A stretch of DNA of 64,000 nt from Eledone cirrhosa (GCA_964016885.1 OZ024742.1:56792001-56856000), one strand, 5' to 3'. Counted from the first letter of the stretch, positions 26,913 to 41,139 are shown. Translations and numbers: made by a program. Notes: generated from the sequence alone by a model not told the origin.

Positions 26913-27355
26913 CTTGACCACCTTGACCGACCAGTCTGTCGGGCGCAAGTCGGCGCTGTTGGTCACAGCACGTCGTGCTGTTTTACCCATAATTGTTTTT
27001 CACCGCTCCTATTAATGACGTATTATATTCGTTTTTATCCCGTTCTTTGCCAGGGAACGTTTCAACGAACTAAAGTATCGTCTTCCTGTCTTCCTCCGGT
27101 TGCAACGTTTTTTGAAATATCCACTTCTGTGTTTACAGATTGACTTTGTTAGTTTCAGAAGATCCCGTTAAGGGTAAAAGCACCGATTCTTTGTTTAAAC
27201 TTTAATCTGTTATTTTAATAAATATTTGTTCTGCGGTTCTTATATATTTGATATATATTTATCCTTATCGAGTCCTCTTTGGATTTTAGTCTTCAAATTT
27301 ATTATTATTACTCTTTGGCTCCCTCGGTTGAGCACTCTATTGACTTATATTCATC

Positions 27356-29630
27356 ATGCAGAAACAACATCTGAATATTTCTACAAATAACATACCCGTA
27401 CCAAGCAGGAAAACATACCTAAAACTGCTGATACAGAAAACAGACGCGTTCATTAAAAGGTTGCGTTGGCGTGCCTTTTATTTCGATAATCCGCGAAAAG
27501 CTGACAACAAACAGGATAAATTTAGGTTTAAAACCTATAATTACCCTCCGTGTAATCCAGCATTGCTACCCTTCGAAAATGATGTCTTGGAACTCAAACG
27601 GAGTATCAAATTTCGGTATAGGAGCAATTCCTTCCAGCAGGACCTGAAAAATAGAATTCGTTCTATTAAGGATTCTAATGCCGTGCACGTCCATTCCAAC
27701 AAAACTGGCAACCTATATCAAGTGGAGCGCAGTGCTTACCATCAACTACTACATAAGGCTGTAACTAAGGATTACCGTAAAACTAATCGGTGCGTCATCA
27801 ATGAAATCAACGATGCTGGGTTTAAAATCACCTCTGATCTCAACATCCTGGACCAGACCGAACCTCCGGACCCTATTTCTCCCCACTTTACCCTGAAGGA
27901 TCACAAATCCAATTTTCCGAACAACCCCTCTATTCGGCTTATTAACCCTACGAAATCCGATTTAGGTAGACTTAGTAAAAGTATTCTTGATAGAATTATA
28001 CCTGAAATTAGAAGTTTGGCCCCTCTTGCACTGTAGAACAATTCTTTTGCGGTGATTGATTGGTTCAACGGCATATGCAACAAGGAACATTGCCGTGTTA
28101 TCCAATTCGACATCAATAATTACTACTCTACTCCTCCATCACTTTACCACTTCTCCTTAGAGCTATCAATTTCGCTAAAACACTCACAGTGGTTCAGGAT
28201 TTCGAAGTTGCTGTCATCATCAATGCCCGTAAGTCGGTGATTAATTTCGACGACTCTATTTAGAATAAATAATCCGATAGTACCCCATTCGACGTGAGTA
28301 TGGGCGCCAGCGATTCTGCAGAGGTTACTGATCTTATCGGCCTTTTCCTTCCTTTCTCTATCAAGGACGAATTCCCCAACGCGGGCGGTGGTTTGTACCG
28401 TGACTAAGTGCGGCCCTCGTGCTTGCGACAGGTTCAGAAAACAATTCACAGCCTTCTTTAAAGGCTTCAACCTCTCTATACAGGTTGAGGCCAACCTCTC
28501 GGTTGTTAATTACCTCGACGTTACCCTCAATTTATCGAATAGCTTTTATAACCCGTATAGAAAGCCGAATGATACGCTTAATTACATAAGTAAACATTCC
28601 AACCATCCTGGCAGCATAACCAAGAACCTGGTAAGAAACATTTCGTTGTGGCTTTCCCGTCTATCTATTAACGAGCATATTTTCAACGACGATTCCACTT
28701 ATTACAATGAAGCTCTTGCCCGCAGTGGATTTGTCGATAAGGTAGCATATACGGAGTATGAGAATAGACCTAGAAGAAATAGATACCGAGTGGATTGGCA
28801 GTATCGGTAGAAGGTCGGAGGCCATGCTTTCTAGCATAGTTACGTCCCTTTACGATCTGAGTTCAAATCCCGCCGAGGTTTACTTTGCCTTTCATCCTTA
28901 CGGGGTCGATAAAATAAAGTACCAGTAATGTACTGGGATAATTGCTGGCCTTGTGCCAAAAGTAGAAACAATTATATGGTATAACCCACCATATAATATG
29001 GAGGTGGCCACACCATTAGCTAAGATCTTTCTATCCCTTATTACGAAGCATTTTCCCCCTACACATAAATATAGTAAAATTTTTAATAGAAATACTATTA
29101 AAATGTCTTACTCTCTACGACTCCTAACCTTGCACATACCATCACAGCTTCAAATTTAGCTAAACTACCTAGCCGTAGGAACACGTGCAACTCTGTAGTT
29201 AGTATTAACTGTAATTGTAGGAATCGGGTTGATTGCCCCCTATCCGGGAAATGCCTCTCTAGTAACATTGTCTACAAATGTAAGGTTGAAACACCCACGT
29301 CTCGTAGGGCCTACATAGGGTTAACCGCCAATAGATTCAAGCCGCGTCTTTACATGCATACACATTCTTTTCGTTACCCTCTAAGAAGGAATATGACGTC
29401 ACTTTCAGCTTATATCTGGACAACCACACCCATTATAAGTTACACTGGGAGATCCTAGCTAGGGCTAGATTGTATAACGGAAATAAAAGACCATGTGACC
29501 TCTGCGCCGCTGAGGCCCTGGAAATACTCTACGCCACAGACCACATCTTAAACAAAAAATCTGAGGCAATTTCGGCTTGTAAATATAAATTGCACAAAGC
29601 TTTCCTGTATTACAGCCCCACATTATACCC
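27356..29630 (+). pseudogene. Naiad-type RT and C-terminal GIY-YIG endonuclease (frameshifts, SINE insertion)
   Basis: NIPVPSRKTY..FIKRLRWRAFYF, TLKDHKSNF..RLINPTKSDLG, FDI, GLYRD, YRKPN..SNHP, IIWYNPPY, CNCRNRVDCPLSGKCL, YIGLT and CDLC. Confidence 0.88.
28789..28972 (+). mobile_element. SINE family A copy inserted in the Naiad-like ORF
   Basis: Interrupts RRNRYR / IIWYNPP and matches 2352-2533. Confidence 0.9.
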
Positions 29631-30189
29631 TAACGGATAGTACGATCTATACGTGGTTATTTTACGTCTTGATGTGGTAGCTAAGTATATGTTATGTTTA
29701 TACCATTACTTATTTGCATAGGTAAATATATATTACCTGTATGTAACTCTGAAGCGGAGAATCATTCGGTTTCCTAGTTAGAATTTTAGTCTACGACTTC
29801 AGCTATAACATTTACGTGGTTTTGTCTTTGCGAGCAATTGTTCTCCACGATCCACATATGACGTACGATCTTCGGTTTTTCCGTTCATTGCCAGAGAACG
29901 TCTCTATGAACCACCTAAGAGAACATTAGTCTACGACTTCTTTTATACCATAAACGTGATTCTGTCTTTGCGTGTAATTGTTTTTTCACCGCTCCTATTA
30001 ATGACGTATATATTCGTTTTTTCCCCGTTCTTTGCCAGGGAACGTTTCCACGAACCAAAGTATCGTCTTCCTGTCTTCCTCCGGTTGAAAGGTTTTTTGA
30101 AATATCCACTTCTGCGTTAGTCTCAGAAGATCCCGTTAAGGGTGAAAGCAGCGATTCTTTGCTTAAACTTTAATCTGTTATTTTAATAA

Positions 30190-30219
<30 letters not shown>

Positions 30220-30225
<6 letters not shown>

Positions 30226-30520
30226 AGATCAAAAGATGGTTAAAGGAGTTCCATATATTTTATTATATGTTGATTTAAAACTGCACTATCAACAAGTGTT
30301 TTTTAGCCTTCATATCATGTTCTCCTGTTTTATCTGATGAAAACACAAATATTATTGCTTGATGATGTTTGTTTTTGAAATGCGCATAATAAAATATATG
30401 GAACTCCTTTAACCATCTTTTGATCTTATATTATGCATACTCCAGTCCCACAAACTGTAGAGTGCTTCTTATCCGATATCTGCATTGCTTTATTGTACTA
30501 CAATAAAACTCACCTCCTAC
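30220..30520 (+). mobile_element. Hammerhead mini-element with ~45-bp inverted arms (30220-30265 / 30387-30432)
   Basis: Inverted repeat, hammerhead and GAGTGCT tail between (TA)n tracts. Confidence 0.75.
30327..30395 (+). ncRNA. Type I hammerhead ribozyme
   Basis: GTTTTAT CTGATGA AAACACAAATATTA..TGATGTTTGTTTTT GAAA TGCGCA TA ATAAAAT. Confidence 0.8.
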
Positions 30521-30523
30521 ATA

Positions 30524-30581
<58 letters not shown>

Positions 30582-30752
30582 CATATATATATATTGTTAT
30601 ACTTTGGGAGGGTCATGTTGCCAATAAGAAACACACGCACCAGTTGCTTTCACTTCAATTTATTATAATAAATTTATAAATTTAGGAGTTTATAAATCTA
30701 TAAATTTCTGGTTGGTTGGTTGGTTCCACAACCAGATAGTTGTTTATATATT

Positions 30753-30795
30753 GTCAAAGTTCTTTCGTCACACATTCTGTGACCACTTCAGTGAC
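30753..30795 (-). ncRNA. pLTR hammerhead with one core substitution
   Basis: GTCA CTGAAGT GGTCACA-GAATG-TGTGAC GAAA GAAC TT TGAC. Confidence 0.7.
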
Positions 30796-30996
30796 TGGGG
30801 ATTCTTTTCTTTGTTTTTCTGACTCTCCTTTGTTCTGTCCTACGCCATTTTGTTTCTGTGTGTGTGTTGTGTGCTTAGTCTGCGCATGCGCCACATCCGG
30901 GTGTCTGTGTGTGTTTATATTCGTTTATTTATTTGTTTATTTACATGTTACCGGTTGGTTGTTTGTTCTATGTGTGTGTGTGTTTTCATTTTGTCC

Positions 30997-33900
30997 TTAA
31001 TTGTAAGTTGTGATGTTGCTGTTCCACTCATATTTTCTATTTAATTTTGGTTGTAATTCTTTTATGTTTATTGCCTCTGTGATTTGTCTAAACATTGCGT
31101 CTTTTCTGTGTGTAGATTCTATTTTTATTTCTATGTTCTCTAATTTACCCTTATGTTCTATTTTAGCATGTTGGTAGAGTACAGATGATTCTTTACTATC
31201 TTGAAGGTCTCGCCAGTGTTCATTTATCCGTTCCCCTACACTACGAGCTGTCTCACCTATGTACACTATATTTTTGTCTCTACATTGTCCTTCAGTACAT
31301 CTTATGCTATACACTACATTTCTAGTTTTACAGTTAATATGGGAGCTTATTTTACAGGTTATACATGTCTTATCTATACAGGGGGGTCTTTGAAAAGGGT
31401 ATGTCTTGTTAATAAGTGTTTTTACGGAGGTACCTGGTCTTTCTACTATCTTAATATTGAGTTTATGTTTATCTAGGGCCCTTCTAAATTTGTAAGCTAA
31501 TTTACCTCTAGGGGTTGTATCGATGAACATTACACTCTGGTATTTATTGCTATCATACCATGAGTTTATTCTATTAGCCTTATTCCTAGTTCTTTCTATT
31601 CTATTCCAAAATTTGCTCCTATAAAAGGGGCAGGTCCCATTTGTGTCATTATTTACCATTTTTTCCCATTTGGTTCTGGCTCCTCTATACACTCTGATTT
31701 TATCTCTCTGATTGTAACCAGAGAACTGCATACGGTGGTTGAAGTGTTGTATGTGTCTCTCTAGTTCTTCGGGGTTGCACATGCGGGACACGTTTCTCAT
31801 CACCCGTACCAAATCCGCAATCAGTATTTTGATTTTGGTATGGTCCGAAACAGCCGAGTTTCGGTGGATCAGATGTTTGGAAGTCATGGGAATGGAGGAT
31901 TTGTTTTTTGTTATTAATGGTATCTAACCAGAGCTCTGTGTCTAGTACAGGTAATCGATGGTTGGGGTGTTTACTTGGGTAGTCTATAGTAAGTTTAATA
32001 CTCTGGTGGATGGAGTCAGCTATTTGCTGGATGCTTTCGATTGTGTTTTTCTCTAATTCCTGACTGTTCTCTAGTGGGGTGTCTTAACTACGATGTTTAT
32101 ATCATCAACGTAGCGGGAGTACATTATCAGGGTTAAGGGGTCTTCTAATTGTTCTTTAAGTGTAAGTTTAAGTCTACTGTCCCACCATACCATGAATAAG
32201 TTAGCTATGTCGCCTGCAATGCTAACACCAATGGCTGCTCCTTCCTCTTGGGCATATGTTTTTCCATTAAATTTGAACATATGTTCCTTAAGGGTTAGTT
32301 TTATGCTGGCGCCTACCTCATGTGCAATCATTTTCTTCAGTTCATCGTGGTTTTCGGGTGTCCGTATGGTTCTGGTCCACCCGTTCCATCTATCTGTGTG
32401 GGTTCTCTTGGCCATTGAGGTAATGGTAGGTGGTCTGCCTCTTGCTGGTCTTGTAGGGGATAGGTTGCTAAGGTCATATGTGTCTAGGTAATTATTACTA
32501 TAGGTAAGTTTAAGTAGGAGTCCCAGCTCACTGGTATCAATCCCACGGAACTCAACATTGCTCTCACTGATCATTTCTACGCATTTCTCCACCGCAAAAT
32601 CCACGTCAATAGATGGATACAGGGACACAACATCCATACTACCTATTATGCAGTTTGTTAGGTCCCTAGATCGGTTACTCTCGCCGATTCTGCTGAGGAG
32701 GTCCTCCGTGCTGTCACATACATCTGGGGACATTTCAATGATGGGCGTATGATCAGGGAGAGGAAGTAGGACAGTCTGTAGTTACTAGCAATGTTAGCTC
32801 CACAGACTGGCCGTGTTGGTGGTCCCGTGACAGGGTCACTGCCCGGTTTATGGTCTTTTCGAAGCCCATACAACGCCGGCACGTCATTGTTCCAGGCCGG
32901 GAAGTTGTTGGCAGTTTTTTTGTTGGGCTGCATTATATTTGTCCACATCACCATATGGGCATTGGGGGCTTTTTCTCTATCCTCATGCTCCTGTGGTGTT
33001 ACCTCTCTTGTGTTAGTGATGTGGGGTTGCATTGCCTGGATTTAGTTTGGCAGGCTGTCAACCGACATTCTGCCAGACTTGTCTGTTGGAAAGCATGCTA
33101 TCTCTCCGTTACGTGAGAGCTGCATGAGCTTACGCAAGCCATTTGCAGATTTTTCTCCCAGTTGCTTGCCCTTCACTCTATTATGCTTCTTGCTATACTG
33201 TTCTATAATATTTCTAAGTTCGGATCTAGCTATACTAAATTGTGCTTCTGTTTGTTCATTGACCTGCGACGGCAATTGCGTGCGTTTGTTAAATGGTAAA
33301 GTCGTGGCGTGGACTCGTCGCAGGTCGAACGACTTATCGGAGGGATTATAAAAAGTAGAGTTCCAGGCTGCTGCTTTATGTGTACTAGTGCTATTGTTAT
33401 TGTTAGTTGTGTTGTTTCTATTTCTATTTCCACCAACCGCCTCATGGTTGTTTCTATGTCTCTCATAATTACTCCTGTCTCTTTCCACTGGCTCATTGTT
33501 ATTATCTACTCTATTTTGTGTGTCTGTGTGTTCGTCTTGGTTATTTTCTTTGTCCATAGTCTCCCTTCTCCTTTTAATCCTATTACTTTCCCTTATTTCT
33601 GTGATTTCTGTGCTACTGTCATTACTTGTTTTCTGTGTCTGTGTGTTTGTTAAGATTATGGTAGTGGTGAGAGGCATTGAATGCGTGTGTGTTGTTGTTG
33701 TTGATGTGTGCTGTTGTTGATGTGTGTTGTTGTTGTTGTCTCCGTGTGTGTTATTATTGTTGTGTGTGTTGTTATTGTTGTTTGTGTCTGCGTGTCTGTT
33801 GTTGTTGTTTCTGAGTATGTTATTATTGTTGGTGTGTGTGTTGTTGTTATTGTTGTTTGTGTCTGTGTGTCTGTTGTTGTTGGGATGTGTGTTGTATATG

Positions 33901-34181
33901 TGTGTGCGTATGTTGTTACTTTTGTTTTTGTTTTTGTTTTTGTTTTTGAGGCTCCAACGTAATTTTGTAAATGATTTTTCTATTTCTGACAGACAACTAA
34001 TCATATTTACCTTCTTGAGTGTCGCAAATTTCTGTGGTAGAAGTAATACGGATAATTCATCAGGGTCTATTGCCGTGTTGCCGTATATATTTGTGTCGTT
34101 GTTGTTGAACTCATCTGTTAATGACAAAATTGACGGTATAAATATGGCCGACACCTCATTAACAGATGAGTTCAACAACAA
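30997..34181 (-). pseudogene. PLE RT and GIY-YIG endonuclease, split by frameshifts and stops
   Basis: PTDKSGR, LYGLRKDHK..RPVCGA, GSMDVVSLYPSID, YAQEEGAAIG, SRYVDD, VVYSIRC..YIGETARSVGERINEH and RQITEAINI. Confidence 0.9.
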
Positions 34182-34319
34182 AAATTTATTATAATAAATT
34201 GAAGTGAAAGCAACTGGTGCGTGTGTTTCTTATTGGCAACATGACCCTCCCTAAGTATAACAATATCGGTTTCAATACACGATTTCAGATAAAGAATCTT
34301 GCTAAACAAATTCAGAAAC

Positions 34320-34356
<37 letters not shown>

Positions 34357-34358
<2 letters not shown>

Positions 34359-34418
34359 CTAACGCGGGTAAAATTTCCGAGATCCATGGACGAGTACTCT
34401 CCAGCGGTCTCTGTCCCT

Positions 34419-34421
<3 letters not shown>
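34357..34421 (-). mobile_element. ~65-bp extreme 3' end of the RTE family seen at 18267
   Basis: Closely similar to 18265-18330 and flanked by (TA)n. Confidence 0.8.
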
Positions 34422-34464
<43 letters not shown>

Positions 34465-34485
34465 TATATATATATATATAGATAT

Positions 34486-34568
<83 letters not shown>

Positions 34569-34597
34569 TGTACATAGATACATATATATATATATAT

Positions 34598-34646
<49 letters not shown>

Positions 34647-34674
34647 TACATATATATACATTTATATATATATG

Positions 34675-34715
<41 letters not shown>

Positions 34716-34716
34716 G

Positions 34717-34770
<54 letters not shown>

Positions 34771-34774
<4 letters not shown>

Positions 34775-34958
34775 GCAGTAGGCCCCGACAAGTTCCCTGC
34801 TTGTGTCCTGAAGGTGTGTCGACACCAACTTGCAACTCCTCTTGTTAATCTATGGAGGAACTCACTGGACACTGGCTATATTCCTGAAAACTTTCTCTCC
34901 CAGTCCGTTGTTCCAGTCTTCAAAAAGGGAAATAAGTCCCTTGCAGTGAACTACCGTT
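34771..34958 (+). mobile_element. CR1/L2-group LINE RT fragment
   Basis: [49 protein letters not shown]. Confidence 0.8.
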
Positions 34959-34984
34959 TGTACTGCAAGTGTAATGAATAGGAC

Positions 34985-36010
34985 TTTCCAAGCCAAGCTT
35001 TTTAGGCCTCCTACTTTGCTCGGATGGCATCGTTAGCGACTTGATTATTCGGGGGGTCTCATGTCTCCAGGCGTCACGCTTTCCCTCGTGGTATGTAACA
35101 ACTGAAACAGAAACTGCCATACTGAACAGTTTCCACTCCTATTCAATGTCCTCACTTTGCCCAGGGAGTTCTCTGTATTTGGATACAATAGTATCTGCAA
35201 ACCTGTTCCTGACTTCCTTATATACCAGCGCTTCCCAGTTTATCCTGTATGTCGAGCTGAACCTGCACCTTTTGTGGGTTTCCTTGTTTTTTTTGGTAGC
35301 GTCAAGTTACAGATAACTAGATGTTGATCAATTGACATCTCATCCCCACGAACATCCACCACAGAATCAAGACAATAACACAATCAATTATTGATCTCTG
35401 TCCCCAATTCCCCTTATACCATATGTCTTTATATATGTCTTTGTGCTGGAAGGTGTTCATAATAGAGAGGTAATTACTAGAACCGAGGTTTAATAAGGCC
35501 TTTCCATTCATATTTAGATTGGGATCACCATTCCTGCCAATCACTCCTTTCCATGCCAGGTTGTCTGCCAACATGTGCATCGTAGTCTCCAATTAGGATG
35601 ACTCAGTCTTAACAACATCTAACGCTGCTATGACTTCATGAATGAAGTAGCTGCACTCAGGCTCGCTGTTTGGCGCATAACTTTACACTATCAACAAAGA
35701 CCTTTCTTTGAACCTAAGCTTCACGAGACAAATCCGCTTTCCCAATAGGATCCAGTCCATAACACATTCAGATAGCCGGGAGCTTGTGGGTACACTCACT
35801 TATGCTTGTGAAATCCTTTCTGGCGTCACATCTGAATAGTGGAGTTTCCATTATCCATCAACATCTACAGTAGCAGAGCCACGGAAGCTTTTTGATGAAG
35901 CTCCGACTATATCTAGCCACCTCAACTAGTTCCTGCTCTCCTTACCTGTAAGGGTTGTAATAGTTCAGTTACTGGATACATAACATTTGCGATTCCATCA
36001 CACCCCTCCC
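34985..36010 (-). mobile_element. Decayed RTE LINE APE endonuclease region
   Basis: GVIGRNGDPNLNMNGKALLN..LSIMNTFQHKDI..RSIIDCV. Part of it is homologous to 45480-45720. Confidence 0.75.
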
Positions 36011-36373
36011 AGGACAGGCCATAACCCATTGCAAGTTCTTCTAGCGTTGGATAGAGACTTCATTATATTTTTCAAACAAGCCTTTTACCTACGTCCTGAA
36101 CACATCCCTTATTATTCCATGTAAAGGGCGATGCGGTGTGTATGCGTTTTCTCTTTTCAGTTATTTTGCAGTGTTTTAGTGGACTCGTTCACGCCAGTCA
36201 CCAATTTGGTACTTTTATCAGACCCGCGAAGGGTAAAAGCAGCGATTTGTTGCTTAAACTTTAATCTGTTATTTTAATAAATATTTGCTCTATGGTTTTA
36301 TATATTTTTATACATACATTATCCTTGTCGAGCCCTCTTCGGATTTTAGTCTTTATTATTATTACTATATTAC

Positions 36374-36470
36374 GAGGTTAACTTTGCCTTTCATCCTTCC
36401 GGGGTCGATAGAATAAAGTACCAGTAATGCATTGGGTAATTGCTGGCCTTGTTCCAAAAGTAGAAACAAA
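36374..36470 (+). mobile_element. 3' half of SINE family A
   Basis: Central block and tail match family A. Confidence 0.85.
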
Positions 36471-36473
36471 TAT

Positions 36474-36537
<64 letters not shown>

Positions 36538-36606
36538 AAAAAGAGATGAAATCGAAAATGCAACTGAAGTCTTATTTTTTTTAAAAATATATATATTTAT
36601 TTGGTT

Positions 36607-36644
36607 CCTTTACCGGTCTCGCAGTTCTTCTGCTTTTCAAAAGG
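36607..36644 (-). ncRNA. Decayed hammerhead within a short inverted-repeat module (36532-36766)
   Basis: CCTT TTGAAAA GCAG-AAGAA-CTGC GAGA CCGG TA AAGG: stems intact, core mutated. A similar relic lies at 18151-18187. Confidence 0.5.
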
Positions 36645-36759
36645 TGAGTTGAGGTGGAGGGTCTGTGGTTTTTCTCACATCGATTTCATCTCTTTTTCTT
36701 TATACTTTCACTCGTGTAGGACACCTCGGTTATTTTTCATTTTGTAAAAAAAACCTCAC

Positions 36760-37367
<608 letters not shown>

Positions 37368-38006
37368 CACTGTTTCTCTCTTTCTCTCTTTCTCCGTCTC
37401 CCTCCTTTTCCCGTTTTCCCAATCATGTTTTCATTGTGTACGAGTTTGAAATTCTTTAACTTCTAATTGGGAAAAAAAATTTTTTTCGTTTCAATTCTAA
37501 ATCGATATCGTTCATTCCATCAATGCCAAGCGAAAGAGGTTCAACAGTAACGTACTAGGTATTCTTTCCCTTGTGAAATGTCCACACTAAAGACGATAGG
37601 TAGGAATTATAAACTGCATATTTGAAAAATTAGAAAAAAAAACATCCAAATTACTAATGCTACTCGAAGGATAGTCAGCTATAAAAGGAATGGCTCTCAG
37701 CTCTTCTATTTCACAAATGATACATCATGTAAAATTTCCTTTCGATCAGAGAGAGAAAAAATAAATATAATACTTCCTTTCATTTGACGTCAGGTTATTA
37801 ATACTGAAATATTCCTTTTAGAAAAAAAATATTTGCAAACCTGCAACTGTGTCAAAATAAATAAATTAATAAAAAAAAGGAATAAAGACTAGAAACAATA
37901 TTTGTTTGCAAAGAGACATACATTTGCACACATACAAACACATACGCATATACACATTTGCATCTATACCTATATACATAAAATGCATACATATACACGC
38001 ACACAG

Positions 38007-38116
<110 letters not shown>

Positions 38117-38167
38117 GTGCTATGAAGTTAGATCTGGCCTTGGTTAATACTGACCGAAACCTATCAA

Positions 38168-38262
<95 letters not shown>

Positions 38263-38284
38263 TATAGATATAGATAAATATACA

Positions 38285-38780
38285 TGGGTGTTATGATTGT
38301 GTATAGAAGATTATATTAATAGGAGGAATTCCAACTTTGTCTGATTTACTCGTTTTATTTACAATCCTTTAAAATTTATAATGGTATTATAATGAAATAG
38401 TATGATAGAATATTAAATGTTAAGTGTTAATTGAACAAGTACTTTCATGCTTTCGCAATCTTCAGGTTCATAATGTGTGGTGACAGTCAAGTTTGCAATT
38501 TTCAACTGTAATGAGATGGTTAAATTTTCTACCTTATATACAGTGAAAAGTGTGGCTCCAGAATGCTAAATCTTGCAAACTGTATTTCGACCAATCGGTG
38601 TGTAGTTTCACTGAATTACTAAAGCTGATTGGTTTAAGCGTCACGGTTGGTTGAGCATGTCTAACGACCAATAATTGATCCTATCCAAAGCAACAATTGT
38701 TTTGCTATTTTTAGAAATGATGAAAATAGCATTTTCTAGTAATCATCACCATCAACATCACTTTTATTATTATTATTATT

Positions 38781-38837
<57 letters not shown>

Positions 38838-41005
38838 AGTGGTCATATTATTGTTCATTTAGCTTGGGTTTGAATTTATCAATAAAATTATTTTCTTTGA
38901 TTTTTCTCTTGATTTCACTTGGGCTGTGTAATTTGTAGAATAGGAATATTATAAATATTCCCTGACCACATGTTGCTAGATGGTTACTTAGGGGTATCTG
39001 ACGGACATTTGGGTCTCTGATTTGCTGACGGTGTACCCGTGCACGTTCCGATAGTGCATTTCCAGTTTGACCGACATATAGTTCTTCACAATTCGGGCAT
39101 TTAATGCAGTAAATTAGATTTCTGCTTTTGCAGTTCATATTTGCATTTGGGAATATTTTTCCAGTTTTTGTTTTCATATATTGACCGGCGTGTATGGATT
39201 GACATGTGCCGCATCGACTATCATTGCATTTAGATACAGTGAATGATTGGTCTTTGTTGTTAAGGTCAAACTTTGCTTTTGTTAGTAATTGCTTCAAATT
39301 TTTTGGCTGTCTTTTACTAAGAGTCAAAGATCGATCTGTGATTAAGCCTTTTAATTCATTACTTTGAGCAATGATCGGTAGGTTTCCTTTGGCAGTGTTG
39401 AAGATATTCTGGTGACATAGGTTGTGTGTCATTATAAGTGGTATGACCAGTTCTTGGTTTCTTCTTCCTTGGGTTGTCCTAAGTTGTTGTATAGGTATTT
39501 TTATAGCCCGCTGTATGCCATTTTCTATAAGTAGAGATGGGTATTTTTGTTTGAGCAAAAATTCTCTTAGTTCTGTTAGGCGTTTGTACCTGGTATTCGT
39601 ATCTTCTACAATGGTACAAATTCTTCTGGCTAGGCAGTATGGGATGTTGCGTTTTGTATGAGGTGGATGGCACAACTTAAAATTCAGATACTGATGGGTG
39701 TCTGTGTGTTTATAATATATATATCCGTGGTAATGGTGGTGTCGTTTTTGATTATCATTATATCTAGGAATGGTAATTTGGTCCTACTCATCTCTTTTGT
39801 GAATTGGAGAGATGGGTGTAGGTTATTCAGGAGGATATTGAACTCATCCAGAGTATCTAGAGATTCTGTCAAGGTATCTCTTCCAAGATTTTTCAATGTA
39901 CTTTCTAAAGTCAGTACTATATTTTTCCTCTATTTCTTGGTAGAGTTGTTGTTCTAATTATCCCATTACAGAGTTCGCGTAAACGGGAGCAAACTTCGTT
40001 CCCATCGCTGTGCCTCTAATTTGGATGTAATTCTTTCCATTGAAGAAGAAAGTGTTGTTTTCCAGAATAAGTTTAGCTGCGTCTAATATAAATGGCGCTG
40101 TGAATCTGATGGGAATCACTTCTCTATGTTTTTCCACCCAGTATTTAACCGCCTTTATTCCTAAATCATGTGTAATGTTGGTGTAAAGGCTTACCACATC
40201 AAAACTAAGTAGAAGTGAATTCGTTTCCGTGGTTTTGGGAAGATGGGACAGGAAGTCGATATCATCCCGGATGAAACTGGGTATGTGAATACATAGTGGT
40301 TTCAAAATAATGTCAACAAAATTGCTTAGACGGTGGGTGGGGCATGTTGGACCAGCTATAATAGGTCTAAGTTTTAAGTCTTTTGGGTGTAGTAATTTAA
40401 TGTACTCACTGTTTTGTTCTCTTACTGCCAGTTGTATTTCTTTTGACTTATGAACTTTCGGTAGGCCATACAGGTTGCTGGGTTTTGGCTCAAAATTGGT
40501 GATGTAGTCTCTTTCCTTATCAGTAAGTGAGTTGTGGTATTTTGAAGCCAGGTTGTTGATCTTCTTCATGATGTTGTGGTCTATATTTGACGGTAATTCA
40601 TTATAGAATGTTGTGTCTTTCAGTTGTTCCTCAACCAAATCCTTGTAGTATTCAGTATCCATTATAACAACTGCACCCCTTTATCTGCTTGTTTAATTAT
40701 TATTGTTTTATCATTTTGTATACGTTTAAGTGCAGACTTTTCTGATTTGTTAATGTTTGGCCTAACATTAGTATTACGTCTAAGAGGAAATTTAGACAGG
40801 ATGTCAATGTATTGGTCGATATAGATATTTCTTCCTTTTGGCGGAATGAAATTTGATATATTCTTTACTAGTGATTCATCACTCTCATTACTTTTATCAG
40901 CGAAGGATTCTACAAGACGTAATTTTCGACAGAATTCTTGGGTATCCTCCTTCAGTTCTTGGTGGCTGACTGTTGGAATCGGTGTGAATTTCAGTCCTTT
41001 TCACA
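38285..41005 (-). mobile_element. Neptune-like Penelope element, decayed, with 3' pLTR
   Basis: LYGLPKVHK, LRPIIAGP, SFDVVSLYTNI, GTAMGTKFAP, LPFLD, CNDSRCGTC, NCKSRNLIYCIKC and YVGQTG..ERARVHR. The catalytic DD segment appears deleted. Confidence 0.88.
38432..38470 (-). ncRNA. 39-nt canonical minimal type I hammerhead in the pLTR
   Basis: TGAAC CTGAAGA T-TGC-GAAA-GCA-T GAAA GTAC TT GTTCA. Confidence 0.88.
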
Positions 41006-41139
41006 GAATGTGTGTGAGAGAGTGTGTGTGTGTGTGGGTGTGGGTCGTAGAGGCACCGTCATACGGCGTGTCTAGGTTATTTATAAACTTGGCGGAGCCC
41101 AACCCTGACCAAGTCTGAACATAGCTGATTTTTTCTATA

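Larger units (their letters stand above)
26910..30192 (+). mobile_element. Near full-length decayed Naiad-like Penelope element with direct pLTR repeats (~26990-27225 and ~29975-30192)
   Basis: The direct repeats flank an RT and GIY-YIG coding region, with (TA)n on both sides. A further pLTR fragment lies at 36219-36368. Confidence 0.88.
30594..34322 (-). mobile_element. Penelope-like element (Neptune/Nematis-like) with a 3' pLTR and an inverted pLTR segment at the 5' end
   Basis: 30594-30680 is the reverse complement of ~34181-34263. The RT and GIY-YIG coding region lies between. Confidence 0.88.

Noticed and set aside
16300-29630. Selenocysteine (UGA) recoding, reported for some Naiad elements
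   Set aside because: The conserved Cys positions I checked in both copies (CNC, CPL..CL, CxLC, terminal C) are TGT/TGC, with no in-frame TGA there.
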